The translations under genes and the position numbers were made by a program. The notes below the pieces were generated by a model. The model was not told the origin of the DNA. It did no database searches and saw only the letters and a list, made by a program, of their open reading frames with translations. Below are positions 39,372 through 49,963 of a stretch of 61,666 bases of DNA, in pieces; the stretch's first letter is position 1; the number at the start of each line of letters is the position of its first letter. This DNA comes from a virus (Duplodnaviria; Heunggongvirae; Uroviricota; Caudoviricetes), in IMG/VR virus record IMGVR_UViG_2874968258_000001, positions 1 to 61,666 of that record. One strand, written 5' to 3'.

Positions 39372-41330
39372 ATGCAGGCTGGTCACCAGAGTGACGCGGA
39401 TATTTATATTTATGACGAGATTGGTTTCTGGGGTGTTACAGCGAAGCAGTTTATCAGTGATCTGAATGCACTGGGCGATATCACCCACATTAATCTCCAT
39501 ATCAATTCACCGGGTGGCGATGTCTTTGAAGGCATCGCCATTTTTAATGCACTGAAAACACATGGTGCGTCCATTACCGTTTATGTCGACGGTGTGGCGG
39601 CGTCAATGGCGTCGGTCATTGCGATGGTGGGAAACCCGGTCATTATGCCGGAAAACACCTTCATGATGATTCATAAACCATTTGGCTTTACGGGCGGTGA
39701 TGCGGAGGACATGCGCACCTATGCCGACCTGCTCGATAAGGTTGAGGCGGTTCTGTTACCCGCTTATGCACAGAAAACCGGGAAAACCACCGATGAAATT
39801 GCTGCCATGCTGGCGGATGAGACCTGGATGTCCGGTGCCGAATGTCTGGCACAGGGATTTGCTGATCAGGTGACGCCAGCCGTTAAGGCAATGGCATGTA
39901 TTCAGTCAAAACGTACAGAGGAATTTAAAAAGATGCCGGAATCCATTCGAAACATGATTACTCCGCCACGCAACAGTGCTCCACGCGTACAGGATGATGA
40001 ACCTGCAGCCTCCCGGACGCCAGTGCAGGCAGCAGCACCCGTGGTGGATGAAAACAGCATCCGTGCGCAGGTACTGGCAGAGCAAAAAGCGCGTGTAAAC
40101 GGTATTAATGATCTGTTTGCCATGTTTGGCGGGCGTTATCAGACGCTGCAGGCTCAGTGTCTTGCCGATCCTGAATGTTCGCTGGAGCAGGCCCGCGAAA
40201 AGCTGTTGAACGAGATGGGGCGCGAGTCCACGCCATCCAATAAAAATACCCCGGCTCATATTTATGCCGGTAACGGTAATTTTGTGGGGGACGGGATCCG
40301 CCAGGCGCTGATGGCGCGTGCCGGATTTGAAAAAACCGAACGTGATAATGTCTACAACGGGATGACCCTGCGTGAATATGCCCGTATGTCACTGACTGAA
40401 CGGGGTATTGGGGTTTCCAGTTATAACCCGATGCAGATGGTCGGTGCGGCGTTCACACACAGTACGTCTGACTTCGGTAATATTCTGCTGGATGTTGCGA
40501 ACAAAGCCATTCTGCAGGGCTGGGAAGATGCCCCTGAAACCTATGAACAGTGGACGCGGAAAGGTCAGTTGTCTGATTTTAAAATTGCCCATCGTGTGGG
40601 TATGGGGGGCTTCAGTGCTCTGCGTCAGGTGCGTGAAGGGGCGGAATATAAATACGTCACCACCGGAGATAAACAGGCCACTATTGCACTGGCGACCTAT
40701 GGCGAGCTGTTCAGTATCACCCGTCAGGCCATTATCAATGATGATCTGAATATGCTGACCGATGTCCCGATGAAACTGGGCCGTGCGGCGAAATCCACTA
40801 TTGCCGATCTGGTTTATGCCATTCTGACGTCTAACCCGAAAATCTCCACAGATAATGTAAGTCTGTTCGATAAAGCGAAACATGCAAACGTACTGGAGAG
40901 CGCTGCAATGGACGTGGCATCGCTGGATAAAGCCCGCCAGTTGATGCGCGTTCAGAAAGAGGGGGAGCGTCATCTGAATATTCGTCCTGCGTTCGTACTG
41001 GTACCGACGGCGATGGAGTCTGTTGCTAACCAGGTCATTCGCTCCTCAAGTGTCAAGGGGGCTGACATTAACGCCGGTATTATTAACCCGGTGAAAGATT
41101 TTGCGACCGTTATTGCAGAGCCTCGTCTTGATGATAACAGCCAGACCACCTTCTACCTGGCTGCGTCAAAAGGCTCCGATACGATTGAAGTGGCTTATCT
41201 CAACGGTGTGGATACGCCATATATTGATCAGATGGAGGGCTTCAGTGTGGATGGCGTGACAACGAAAGTGCGTATTGACGCCGGTGTCGCGCCAGTTGAT
41301 CACCGTGGTCTGGTGAAATGTACGGCGTAA
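39372..41330 (+). CDS. Prohead protease (ClpP-like) fused to major capsid protein
   Basis: 652-aa ORF: N-terminal ClpP-like segment (HINSPGGDVFEG...VAASMAS), C-terminal ~330 aa capsid-like. Confidence 0.7.
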   Translation: MQAGHQSDADIYIYDEIGFWGVTAKQFISDLNALGDITHINLHINSPGGDVFEGIAIFNALKTHGASITVYVDGVAASMASVIAMVGNPVIMPENTFMMIHKPFGFTGGDAEDMRTYADLLDKVEAVLLPAYAQKTGKTTDEIAAMLADETWMSGAECLAQGFADQVTPAVKAMACIQSKRTEEFKKMPESIRNMITPPRNSAPRVQDDEPAASRTPVQAAAPVVDENSIRAQVLAEQKARVNGINDLFAMFGGRYQTLQAQCLADPECSLEQAREKLLNEMGRESTPSNKNTPAHIYAGNGNFVGDGIRQALMARAGFEKTERDNVYNGMTLREYARMSLTERGIGVSSYNPMQMVGAAFTHSTSDFGNILLDVANKAILQGWEDAPETYEQWTRKGQLSDFKIAHRVGMGGFSALRQVREGAEYKYVTTGDKQATIALATYGELFSITRQAIINDDLNMLTDVPMKLGRAAKSTIADLVYAILTSNPKISTDNVSLFDKAKHANVLESAAMDVASLDKARQLMRVQKEGERHLNIRPAFVLVPTAMESVANQVIRSSSVKGADINAGIINPVKDFATVIAEPRLDDNSQTTFYLAASKGSDTIEVAYLNGVDTPYIDQMEGFSVDGVTTKVRIDAGVAPVDHRGLVKCTA

Positions 41331-41416
41331 ACGTCGCAGACAACAACTCTGATGGCCCGTAAGGGCTTTTTTTGTACCTGAAATCAGCCCCTGAACGGGG
41401 CTGTGCGGAGACAGTT

Positions 41417-41740
41417 ATGGCAAAGAATTTTGTAGAAGAAGGAAAAACGGTGGCGATTGTTGCCAGTGCAGCCATCAGCAGCGGAGATCTGGTGCAGGTG
41501 GGTGATGTTTTTGCGGTGGCGCTGACCGATATTCCACAGGGTGAAACAGGCGACGGCATGACCGAAGGTGTGTTTATGCTGCCTAAGCTGAAAACGGATG
41601 ATATGAAAACGGGTAAGAAGGTTTATCTGAAGTCCGGAAAAGTTCAGCTGACTAACAGCGGCTCTGATCCGCTGGTCGGGGTTGTCTGGGCAGATGCCGG
41701 AACCAGTGCAGAAGAAGTGCCGGTAAAACTCAATGTCTGA
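41417..41740 (+). CDS. Putative head decoration / capsid accessory protein
   Basis: 107-aa ORF immediately after capsid gene. Confidence 0.35.
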   Translation: MAKNFVEEGKTVAIVASAAISSGDLVQVGDVFAVALTDIPQGETGDGMTEGVFMLPKLKTDDMKTGKKVYLKSGKVQLTNSGSDPLVGVVWADAGTSAEEVPVKLNV

Positions 41741-42008
41741 TCCCTTTTCCCGGCTGGCAGCGCGTATGGATGCGATCACGGTCAGAAAGATGGGAAAGAC
41801 AGCCTCGATTAATGATGTCGATATGACTGTGATCCCGGGAGAAACACTGGCAGAGCTGAATGCTCTGTCCGGACCTGCGGTCTCTCTGGTGGTGTTTTCT
41901 TCGGGATACCGCCCACGGCGCGGGGATCGCGTTGTTTATGACGGACAACAATGGACGGTCACACGGCATGAACGCTTTAACGGTAAGCCAATGATCTTTA
42001 TTGAGTAA
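41733..42008 (+). CDS. Putative head-tail adaptor
   Basis: 91-aa ORF by position. Confidence 0.4.
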   Translation: MSDPFSRLAARMDAITVRKMGKTASINDVDMTVIPGETLAELNALSGPAVSLVVFSSGYRPRRGDRVVYDGQQWTVTRHERFNGKPMIFIE

Positions 42009-42019
42009 AGAGGTGTGGG

Positions 42020-42598
42020 ATGAAGGGGCTTGAGAATGCCATCCGCAATCTGAACAGCCTTGATACCCGTATGGTGCCACAGGCCAGCGCATGGGCGATA
42101 AACCGTGTGGCACAGAAAGCGGTCTCGGTTGCCACCCGGCAGGTTGCCGGGAATACCGTTGCGGGAGATAACCAGGTGAAAGGGATCCCCCTGAAACTGG
42201 TACGTCAGCGTGTCCGGGTGTTTAAAGCCAGTCCGTCAGGAAAAATGACGGCCAGGATCCGCGTTAACCGGGGCAATCTGCCCGCCATTAAGCTGGGGAC
42301 AGCCCGGGTCAGACTGGCCCGGCGTGGTGGAAAACTGCAGTACCGTGGCAGCGTGCTGAAGGTGGGTAAATATCTTTTCCGGGATGCGTTTATTCAGCAA
42401 CTGGCGAATGGTCGCTGGCATGTGATGCGACGTATTGATGGCAAAAATCGTTACCCCATTGATGTGGTGAAAATCCCGCTGTCCGGGCCGCTGACACAGG
42501 CATTTGAAGATGCCCGCGACCACATCATTGCTGCGGAAATGCCGAAACAGCTGGGGTATGCACTGAAACAACAACTGAGGTTATGGCTGACCCGATGA
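42020..42598 (+). CDS. Z: Minor tail protein Z-like
   Basis: 192 aa, same length and order as lambda Z. Confidence 0.6.
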   Translation: MKGLENAIRNLNSLDTRMVPQASAWAINRVAQKAVSVATRQVAGNTVAGDNQVKGIPLKLVRQRVRVFKASPSGKMTARIRVNRGNLPAIKLGTARVRLARRGGKLQYRGSVLKVGKYLFRDAFIQQLANGRWHVMRRIDGKNRYPIDVVKIPLSGPLTQAFEDARDHIIAAEMPKQLGYALKQQLRLWLTR

Positions 42599-42996
42599 AC
42601 CGACATACACAAATCCGCCAGGCCGTACTGGCACGCCTTCGGGAACAGTGTGGAGACAGCGCCACATTTTTTGACGGGCTTCCGGCATTTATTGATGCGC
42701 AGGAACTGCCTGCCGTGGCGGTGTGGCTGAGTGATGCTCAGTACACCGGAAAAATGACGGATGAAGATGACTGGCAGGCTGTTCTGCATATTGCCGTCTT
42801 CATCCGGGCACAGGCACCGGATTCAGAGCTGGATATGTGGATGGAGAGCACCATTTTCCCTGCCCTGAATGATATACCGGCACTTTCCGGACTCATCGAC
42901 ACCCTGATCCCACTCGGTTTTAACTATCAACGTGATAATGAGATGGCCACCTGGGCGATGGCGGAAATCACGTACCAGATCACGTACACGAATTAA
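42583..42996 (+). CDS. U: Tail terminator protein U-like
   Basis: 137 aa, by order. Confidence 0.6.
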   Translation: MADPMNRHTQIRQAVLARLREQCGDSATFFDGLPAFIDAQELPAVAVWLSDAQYTGKMTDEDDWQAVLHIAVFIRAQAPDSELDMWMESTIFPALNDIPALSGLIDTLIPLGFNYQRDNEMATWAMAEITYQITYTN

Positions 42997-43006
42997 GGAG
43001 GTGGTA

Positions 43007-43750
43007 ATGACCACACCAAATCCACTGGCAAAGACGAAAGGTGCGGGGACGACGTTCTGGATGTATACCGGCAACGGCGATGCGTTTGCGAACCCTTTGT
43101 CGGACACTGACTGGCTGCGTCTTGCGATGGTGAAGGATCTGCAACCTGGCGAAATGACCGCTGATGCAGAAGATGACACTTATCTCGATGATGAAGATGC
43201 AGACTGGAAAACGACAACCCAGGGGCAGAAATCCGTTGGTGATACTTCGGCGACGCTGGCCTGGCGTCCGGGTGACAGCGGGCAGAAAAAACTGGTTCAG
43301 TTGTTCGACTCCGGTGAAGTCTGCGCGTTTCGTATCAAATATCCCAACGGCACTGTTGATGTTTTCCGTGGCTGGCTGAGCTCACTGGGTAAAACCATTG
43401 CCTCAAAAGACGTGATGACCCGCACAGTGAAAATCAGCGGTGTTGGGCGTCCGTATCTGGCAGAGGAAGGCACTGAAACAGTGAGCGTTACCGGGCTGAC
43501 GGTGGCACCGGCATCTGCCAGTGTAAAAGTGGGAGCAACCACCACGCTGACCTTTACAGTAAAACCTGACGGAGCCAGTGACAAAGCGATCAGCGTGCAT
43601 TCGACAGATCCACAGACTGCCACGGTGACCCTGAACGGGCTTGTGGCCACGGTGAAAGGCGTGAAGCAGGGCAGTGTCAGCATTGTGGGCATGACTTCTG
43701 ACGGCGATTTTGTGGCAGTGGCTACGGTGGCTGTCAGCGCCGCAGGTTAA
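43007..43750 (+). CDS. V: Major tail protein V with C-terminal Ig-like domain
   Basis: MTTPNPLAKTKGAGTTFWMY...FRIKYPNGTVDVFRGW closely parallels lambda gpV. Confidence 0.85.
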   Translation: MTTPNPLAKTKGAGTTFWMYTGNGDAFANPLSDTDWLRLAMVKDLQPGEMTADAEDDTYLDDEDADWKTTTQGQKSVGDTSATLAWRPGDSGQKKLVQLFDSGEVCAFRIKYPNGTVDVFRGWLSSLGKTIASKDVMTRTVKISGVGRPYLAEEGTETVSVTGLTVAPASASVKVGATTTLTFTVKPDGASDKAISVHSTDPQTATVTLNGLVATVKGVKQGSVSIVGMTSDGDFVAVATVAVSAAG

Positions 43751-43807
43751 CAGGACGATACTCATCATTTGCCCCGGTTATCAGGGGCTTTTTTGCAGGT
43801 GGAGAAC

Positions 43808-44197
43808 ATGATGTTTCTGAAACAGGGCACGTTTAATTATGAAAAGCAGTCCGTGGTGCTCAGTGAGCTGTCCGGGCTGCAGAGAATTGAATATCTGGCG
43901 TTTGTTCAGCAGCGAACGGCAAAGTTTGATGCCGAAGAGGGAGAACTGCCGGAGGCTGAACGACAGATTGCTTTTCTGCGGATGGGGATGGATATCAATG
44001 CCTGGCTGGTTTCCCGCTCACTGTGGAATGCGGAACAGTCTCAGGATGTTGAGACGCTTTGCGCATCCGTTATTACAACATGGTCGTATGATGCCCTGGG
44101 AGCGGGGGCGGAGATGGTTCTGTCGCTGAGCGGTATGGGAGCCATTGAGAATGCCGGGGATTTGGAGCATGAGGTGCTGACGCCGGAAAAGTCCTGA
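43808..44197 (+). CDS. G: Tail assembly chaperone G
   Basis: MMFLK... start with GGAG RBS; position before T/H. Confidence 0.65.
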   Translation: MMFLKQGTFNYEKQSVVLSELSGLQRIEYLAFVQQRTAKFDAEEGELPEAERQIAFLRMGMDINAWLVSRSLWNAEQSQDVETLCASVITTWSYDALGAGAEMVLSLSGMGAIENAGDLEHEVLTPEKS

Positions 44198-44535
44198 CGC
44201 GGGAAATGCAGTTTGTCATGCGGCTTGCCCGGGAGTTCCGGCGGGCAGACTGGCGGCGGATGCTGTCGGAAATGTCGGCCACTGAGCTTGGTGAGTGGGG
44301 CGATTATTTCCGGATGCAGAGCTTCAGTGATGTGTGGATGGATGCGCAGTTTGCCTCGCTGAAGGCATTGATCGTGAGAATGGTGTCCGGCAGCAGTGAT
44401 GCTGCGGTGGCTGATTTCAGCCTTTTACCGGAAGAGAACGGGATACCGGAGCGAACGGACGAAGAACTGATGCATCTTGGGGAAGGTATTTCCGGAGGTG
44501 TGCGTTATGGACCAGATAGCCAACCTGGTCATTGA
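44173..44535 (+). CDS. T: T region of the G-T -1 frameshift fusion chaperone
   Basis: -1 frame opens at 44173 overlapping the G 3' end (GAAAAG region); exact slip site not resolved. Confidence 0.5.
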   Translation, partial: GADAGKVLTREMQFVMRLAREFRRADWRRMLSEMSATELGEWGDYFRMQSFSDVWMDAQFASLKALIVRMVSGSSDAAVADFSLLPEENGIPERTDEELMHLGEGISGGVRYGPDSQPGH

Positions 44536-47500
44536 TTTGGGGATTGATGCGGCAGAGTTTAAAAATGAAATTCCCCGTATCAAAAACCTTCTGAATGGTG
44601 CAGCCAGCGATGCAGAACGGTCTTCTGCCCGTATGCAGCGTTTTATGGAGCGTCAGACTCAGGCCGCCCGGCAGACAATGCAGGCGGCGTCTTCGGCTGC
44701 AACAGCCGCATCCGTCCATGCGCAGACGGTGGAGAAGAGCGCACAGGCTCATGAACGCATGGCCCGCGAGGTGGAGCAAACCCGCCAGCGTATGGAGGCA
44801 CTGAGCCAGAAAATGCGCGAGGAACAGGCGCAGGCCATGGCTCTGGCGGAGGCTCAGGATAAAGCGGCTGCCGCGTTTTATCGTCAGATTGACAGTGTGA
44901 AACAGGCCAGTGCGGGGTTGCAGGAATTACAGCGTATTCAGCAGCAGATCCGACAGGCCAGAAACAGTGGCGGGATTGGTCAGCAGGATTATCTGGCGCT
45001 GATTTCTGAGATTACGGCGAAAACCCGTGTTCTTACGCAGGCTGAGGCAGAGGCTACCCGACAGAAAGTGGCGTTTATCCGTCAGCTTAAAGAGCAGGCA
45101 ACCCGCCAGAATCTTTCTTCTTCTGAGTTGCTTCGTGCCAGGGCTGCCCAGCTGGGGGTAAGCAGTGCTGCAGAAGTGTATATCCGCAAAATGGAGCGGG
45201 CAGGAAAAGCCACGCATTCGCTGGGTCTGAAAAGTGCAGCGGCCCGCCAGGAGATAGGCGTTCTGATAGGTGAACTGGCCCGCGGCAATTTAGGGGCGCT
45301 GAGGGGATCCGGGATAACGCTGGCTAACCGTGCCGGATGGATAGACACACTGATGTCACCGAAAGGCATGATGCTGGGCGGGGTTATTGGCGGTATTACC
45401 GCGGCCGTCTATGGTCTGGGTAAAGCCTGGTATGACGGTCAGAAGGAGGGGGAAGAATTTAACCGCCAGCTGTCGCTGACGGGGCATTATGCCGGAGTCA
45501 CTGCCGGGCAGCTGTGGACGCTCAGTCGTACTATTTCCGGGAATGGTATCACGCAACATGCTGCAGCCGGTGCGCTGGCTCAGGTGGTGGGGAGTGGTGC
45601 ATTTCGTGGAAACGATATCGGTATGGTGGCGAGAGCTGCCGCACAGATGGAGCGATCGGTTGGCCAGTCGGTCAGCGATACCATAAATCAGTTTAAGCGG
45701 CTGAAGGATGATCCTGTAAATGCCGCGAAGTCTCTGGACAATGAGCTGCATTTTCTTACTGCCACTCAGCTTGAGCAGATACGCGTCCTTGGAGAGCAGG
45801 GGCGGTCCAGTGATGCTGCACGGATAGCCATGTCTGCACTGGCAGAGGAAACCGGACGGCGTACTGCGGATATTGATAATAACCTCAATGCGCTGGGTAG
45901 TACGCTGCAAACCTTGTCTGACTGGTGGAAGCAGTTCTGGGATGCGGCCATGAATATTGGTCGTGAAGATTCGCTGGATGCGCAGATTGCCACTTTGCAG
46001 GAGAAAGTGTCGCGGGCGAAAAGACTCCCCTGGACGGCATCATCTTCTCAGGTTGAATACGATCAGCAGCGTCTTAACGATCTTCAGGAGAAAAAACGCC
46101 AGAAGGATTTGCAGGATGCAAAAGAGCAGGCAGAGCGGAATTATCAGGAGCAACAGAAACGCCGTAATGCTGAAAATGCTGCACTGAACCGGATGAATGA
46201 AACGGAAGCTGCACGACATCAGCGTGAAATTGCGCGTATTAATGCCATGCAGTACGCCGATCAGGCTGTCAGGGATGCGGCGATACAACGTGAAAATGAA
46301 CGTTACGAGAAAGCCCTGGCATCCGGTAAGAAAAAAACACGCGAAACCCGTAATGATGAGGCCACCCGGTTATTGCTGCAGTACAGTCAGCAACAGGCAC
46401 AGGTGGAAGGACAGATTGCTGCTGCAAGACAGTCAGCAGGCATTGCCACTGACAGGATGACAGAAGCGCATAAACAGCTTCTGGCTCTGCAGCAGCGCAT
46501 CAGCGATCTGGACGGGAAAAAACTGACGGCAGATGAAAAGAGTGTGCTGGCCCGTAAAGATGAACTGATTCAGGCACTGACGCTGCTGGATGTAAAACAG
46601 CAGGAGCTTCAGAAACAGACGGCACTCAACGATCTGAAGAAAAAAACAATTCAGCTGACCAGTCAACTGGCTGAAGAAGAGCGCGCTCAGCGTCAGCAAC
46701 ATGACCTGGATATCGCCACGGTGGGTATGGGTGATCAGCAGCGGCAGCGATATCAGGTACAACTGAGTCTTCGCCAGAAATACCAGCAACAGCTGGAGCA
46801 GTTGAGGCGGGATAGTGAGCAGAAAGGGACATATAACACGGATGACTACAGAAAGGCCGAGCAGGCGCTGACGGAGAGCCTGAACCGACAACTGAATGAG
46901 AATCGCCGTTACTGGCAACAGCTTGAAGTTGTGCAGGGTAACTGGAAAAACGGAGTCCTGCGTGCATTTCAGGATTTTACCGTGGATGCAGATAATACGG
47001 CAGGAACAGCAGAACAGGTGTTCTCGTCAGCTTTCAGCAACATGGGAAATGGCCTGGCAACTTTTGTCACTACCGGCAAACTCAACTTCAAATCCTTCAC
47101 CTCTTCGGTGCTGTCAGATATGGCGAAAATCCTGGCGCAGGCAACCATGATGAAATCGATAAAAGGGATTGGCAGTGTACTGGGATTTGATCTCAGCAGC
47201 CTTTCCCTGAATGCCAATGGGGGGATTTATCAGTCTGCTGATTTGAGTCGTTACAGTGGCACGGTGGTTAACCGTCCGACGTTTTTTGCTTTTGCAAAAG
47301 GCGCGGGTGTGATGGGGGAAGCTGGACCTGAAGCCATTCTGCCACTGCGTCGTGGTGCTGACGGTAAGCTGGGGGTTGTGGCGGATATTGGTGGTTCAGG
47401 TATGGCGATGTTTGCCCCGCAGTACAACATCGAGATCAATAACGATGGCACGAACGGGCAGATAGGTCCGGCTGCCCTGAAGGTGGTTTATGACCTCGGG

Positions 47501-47572
47501 AAAAAAGCGGCAGCGGACTTTATGCAACAGCAGGCCCGTGATGGTGGTCGGTTAAGTGGAGCATATCGGTAA
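44507..47572 (+). CDS. H: Tail tape measure protein H
   Basis: N-terminus MDQIANLVIDLGIDAAEF and C-terminus NNDGTNGQIGPAALK..DGG parallel lambda gpH. Confidence 0.85.
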   Translation: MDQIANLVIDLGIDAAEFKNEIPRIKNLLNGAASDAERSSARMQRFMERQTQAARQTMQAASSAATAASVHAQTVEKSAQAHERMAREVEQTRQRMEALSQKMREEQAQAMALAEAQDKAAAAFYRQIDSVKQASAGLQELQRIQQQIRQARNSGGIGQQDYLALISEITAKTRVLTQAEAEATRQKVAFIRQLKEQATRQNLSSSELLRARAAQLGVSSAAEVYIRKMERAGKATHSLGLKSAAARQEIGVLIGELARGNLGALRGSGITLANRAGWIDTLMSPKGMMLGGVIGGITAAVYGLGKAWYDGQKEGEEFNRQLSLTGHYAGVTAGQLWTLSRTISGNGITQHAAAGALAQVVGSGAFRGNDIGMVARAAAQMERSVGQSVSDTINQFKRLKDDPVNAAKSLDNELHFLTATQLEQIRVLGEQGRSSDAARIAMSALAEETGRRTADIDNNLNALGSTLQTLSDWWKQFWDAAMNIGREDSLDAQIATLQEKVSRAKRLPWTASSSQVEYDQQRLNDLQEKKRQKDLQDAKEQAERNYQEQQKRRNAENAALNRMNETEAARHQREIARINAMQYADQAVRDAAIQRENERYEKALASGKKKTRETRNDEATRLLLQYSQQQAQVEGQIAAARQSAGIATDRMTEAHKQLLALQQRISDLDGKKLTADEKSVLARKDELIQALTLLDVKQQELQKQTALNDLKKKTIQLTSQLAEEERAQRQQHDLDIATVGMGDQQRQRYQVQLSLRQKYQQQLEQLRRDSEQKGTYNTDDYRKAEQALTESLNRQLNENRRYWQQLEVVQGNWKNGVLRAFQDFTVDADNTAGTAEQVFSSAFSNMGNGLATFVTTGKLNFKSFTSSVLSDMAKILAQATMMKSIKGIGSVLGFDLSSLSLNANGGIYQSADLSRYSGTVVNRPTFFAFAKGAGVMGEAGPEAILPLRRGADGKLGVVADIGGSGMAMFAPQYNIEINNDGTNGQIGPAALKVVYDLGKKAAADFMQQQARDGGRLSGAYR

Positions 47573-47901
47573 TGGAGACGTTTCACTGGAAAGTGCGCCC
47601 GGATATGAATGTGGTATCAGAGCCGAAAGTGGTGACAGTGAAGCTGGGCGATGGTTATGAACAGCGTCGTGCGGCGGGACTGAATAACCAGTTGTCGACT
47701 TACAGCGTGACGATACGTGTTCGTAAATGTGAACACCCATCTTTAAAAGCCTTTCTGGAACGGCACGGTGGCGTCCGCGCATTTCAGTGGACGCCACCTT
47801 ATGACTGGAAGCCGATCAGGGTGGTTTGTCGTAAATGGTCGGCAAGCGTGGGGGCGCTGTGGGTAACCATAACGGCAGATTTTGAACAGGTCGTGGCATA
47901 G
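47572..47901 (+). CDS. M: Minor tail protein M
   Basis: 109 aa, lambda order. Confidence 0.75.
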   Translation: METFHWKVRPDMNVVSEPKVVTVKLGDGYEQRRAAGLNNQLSTYSVTIRVRKCEHPSLKAFLERHGGVRAFQWTPPYDWKPIRVVCRKWSASVGALWVTITADFEQVVA

Positions 47902-47907
47902 GAGGCC

Positions 47908-48609
47908 ATGATGCAGGATATTCCACAGGAAACACATCATGAGACGACACGCCTCACTCAGTCAGCCCAGGTGGTGCTCTGGGAAATCGATCTGACAGAG
48001 GTCGGTGGTGAACGTTATTTTTTCTGTAATGAGCAGAACGAAAAAGGTGAGCCGGTCACCTGGCAGGGGCGGCAGTATCAGGCATACCCCATTCAGGGGA
48101 CAGGATTTGAACTGAACGGCAAGGGCAGTGCTGCCCGTCCGACACTGACGGTTTCTAACCTGCACGGTATGGTCACCGGTATGGCGGAAGATCTGCAGAG
48201 TCTGGTCGGCGGAACGGTGGTCCGGCGTAAGGTTTACGCCCGTTTTCTGGATGCGGTGAACTTCGTCAACGGAAACAGTGATGCCGACCCGGAGCAGGAG
48301 GTGATCAGCCGCTGGCGCATCGAGCAGTGCAGTGAACTGAGTGCGGTCAGTGCTTCTTTTGTACTGTCCACGCCGACGGAAACGGACGGTGCTGTTTTTC
48401 CGGGGCGTATCATGCTGGCCAACACCTGCACCTGGACCTATCGCGGTGATGAGTGCGGTTATAACGGTCCGGCTGTCGCGGATGAATATGACCAGCCGAC
48501 GTCCGATATCACGAAGGATAAATGCAGCAAATGCCTGAGCGGCTGTAAGTTTCGCAATAACGTCGGCAACTTTGGCGGTTACCTTTCCATTAACAAACTT
48601 TCGCAGTAA
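47908..48609 (+). CDS. L: Minor tail protein L
   Basis: 233 aa, Cys-rich C-terminus. Confidence 0.75.
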   Translation: MMQDIPQETHHETTRLTQSAQVVLWEIDLTEVGGERYFFCNEQNEKGEPVTWQGRQYQAYPIQGTGFELNGKGSAARPTLTVSNLHGMVTGMAEDLQSLVGGTVVRRKVYARFLDAVNFVNGNSDADPEQEVISRWRIEQCSELSAVSASFVLSTPTETDGAVFPGRIMLANTCTWTYRGDECGYNGPAVADEYDQPTSDITKDKCSKCLSGCKFRNNVGNFGGYLSINKLSQ

Positions 48610-48614
48610 ATCCC

Positions 48615-49358
48615 ATGACAGAGACAGAATCAGCGATTCTGGCGCACGCCCGGCGATGTGCGCCAGCGGAGTCGTGCGGCTTCGTGGTGAGAATGCCGGA
48701 GGGAGAAAGATATTTTCCCTGCGTGAATATCTCCGGTGAGCCGGAGGCGTATTTCCGGATGGCTCCGGAGGACTGGCTGCGGGCAGAAATGCAGGGTGAG
48801 ATTGTGGCGCTGGTCCACAGTCACCCCGGTGGTCTGCCCTGGCTGAGTGAGGCCGATCGGCGGCTGCAGGTGCAGAGTGATTTGCCGTGGTGGCTGGTCT
48901 GCCGCGGGGCGATTCACAAGTTCCGCTGTGTGCCACATCTTACCGGGCGGCGCTTTGAGCACGGGGTGACGGACTGTTACACGCTGTTCCGGGATGCATA
49001 CCATCTGGCGGGAATTGAGATGCCGGATTTTCATCGCGGAGATGACTGGTGGCGTAACGGCCAGAATCTCTATCTTGACAATATGGAGGCGACTGGTTTT
49101 TACCGTGTCGCACTGACAGAGGCGCAGCCGGGCGATGTGCTGCTGTGCTGTTTTGGTTCATCGGTGCCGAATCATGCCGCCATTTACTGTGGTGATGGCG
49201 AGCTGCTGCACCATATTCCTGAACAACTGAGCAAACGAGAGAGGTATACCGACAAATGGCAGCGACGCACACACTCCCTCTGGCGTCACCGGGCATGGCG
49301 CGCATCTGCCTTTACGGGGATTTGCAACGATTTGGCCGCCGCATCGACCTTCGTGTGA
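48615..49358 (+). CDS. K: Tail assembly protein K (MPN/NlpC-P60-like)
   Basis: HSHP motif; overlaps the I start; true 3' end may be earlier than the ORF end. Confidence 0.65.
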   Translation: MTETESAILAHARRCAPAESCGFVVRMPEGERYFPCVNISGEPEAYFRMAPEDWLRAEMQGEIVALVHSHPGGLPWLSEADRRLQVQSDLPWWLVCRGAIHKFRCVPHLTGRRFEHGVTDCYTLFRDAYHLAGIEMPDFHRGDDWWRNGQNLYLDNMEATGFYRVALTEAQPGDVLLCCFGSSVPNHAAIYCGDGELLHHIPEQLSKRERYTDKWQRRTHSLWRHRAWRASAFTGICNDLAAASTFV

Positions 49359-49903
49359 AAACGGGGGCTGAAGCCATCCGGGCGCTGGCCACACAGCTTC
49401 CGTCGTTTCGCCAGAAACTGAATGAGGGCTGGTATCAGGTGCGCATTGCCGGGCGTGATGCAGGCGAAAATGAATTATCTGCCCGTCTTAATGAGCCGCT
49501 GGAAAATGGTGCCGTGATTCACATCGTGCCGCGTATGGCGGGAGCTAAAAGTGGCGGTGTGTTTCAGGTGGTGCTGGGGGCGGCGCTGATTGCGGTGGCA
49601 TGGTGGAACCCTGTGGGCTGGCTGGGTGCTGCGGCTGTATCGGGCATGTATGCGGCAGGGGCCAGTATGATCCTGGGTGGTGTGGCCCAGATGCTGGCAC
49701 CGAAAGCCAGGACGCCCACGGCAGCCAGTACAGATAACGGCAAACAGAACACCTATTTCTCCTCACTGGATAACATGGTTGCTCAGGGCAATGTTCTGCC
49801 TGTTCTGTACGGTGAAATGCGTGTGGGGTCGCGGGTGGTTTCTCAGGAGATCAGCACGGCAGACGAAGGTGACGGTGGTCAGGTTGTGGTGATTGGTCGC
49901 TGA
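49256..49903 (+). CDS. I: Tail assembly protein I
   Basis: MAATHTLPLASPGMARICLYGDLQRFGRRIDLRVKTGAEAIRALATQLP... matches lambda gpI as recalled. Confidence 0.8.
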   Translation: MAATHTLPLASPGMARICLYGDLQRFGRRIDLRVKTGAEAIRALATQLPSFRQKLNEGWYQVRIAGRDAGENELSARLNEPLENGAVIHIVPRMAGAKSGGVFQVVLGAALIAVAWWNPVGWLGAAAVSGMYAAGASMILGGVAQMLAPKARTPTAASTDNGKQNTYFSSLDNMVAQGNVLPVLYGEMRVGSRVVSQEISTADEGDGGQVVVIGR

Positions 49904-49963
49904 TGCAAAATGTTTTATGTGAAACCGCCTGCGGGCGGTTTTGTCGTTTATGGAGCATGACGA

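Noticed and set aside
47962-48936. 324-aa ORF on the minus strand
   Set aside because: Antisense to the L and K tail genes; low-complexity Ala/Arg/Pro composition
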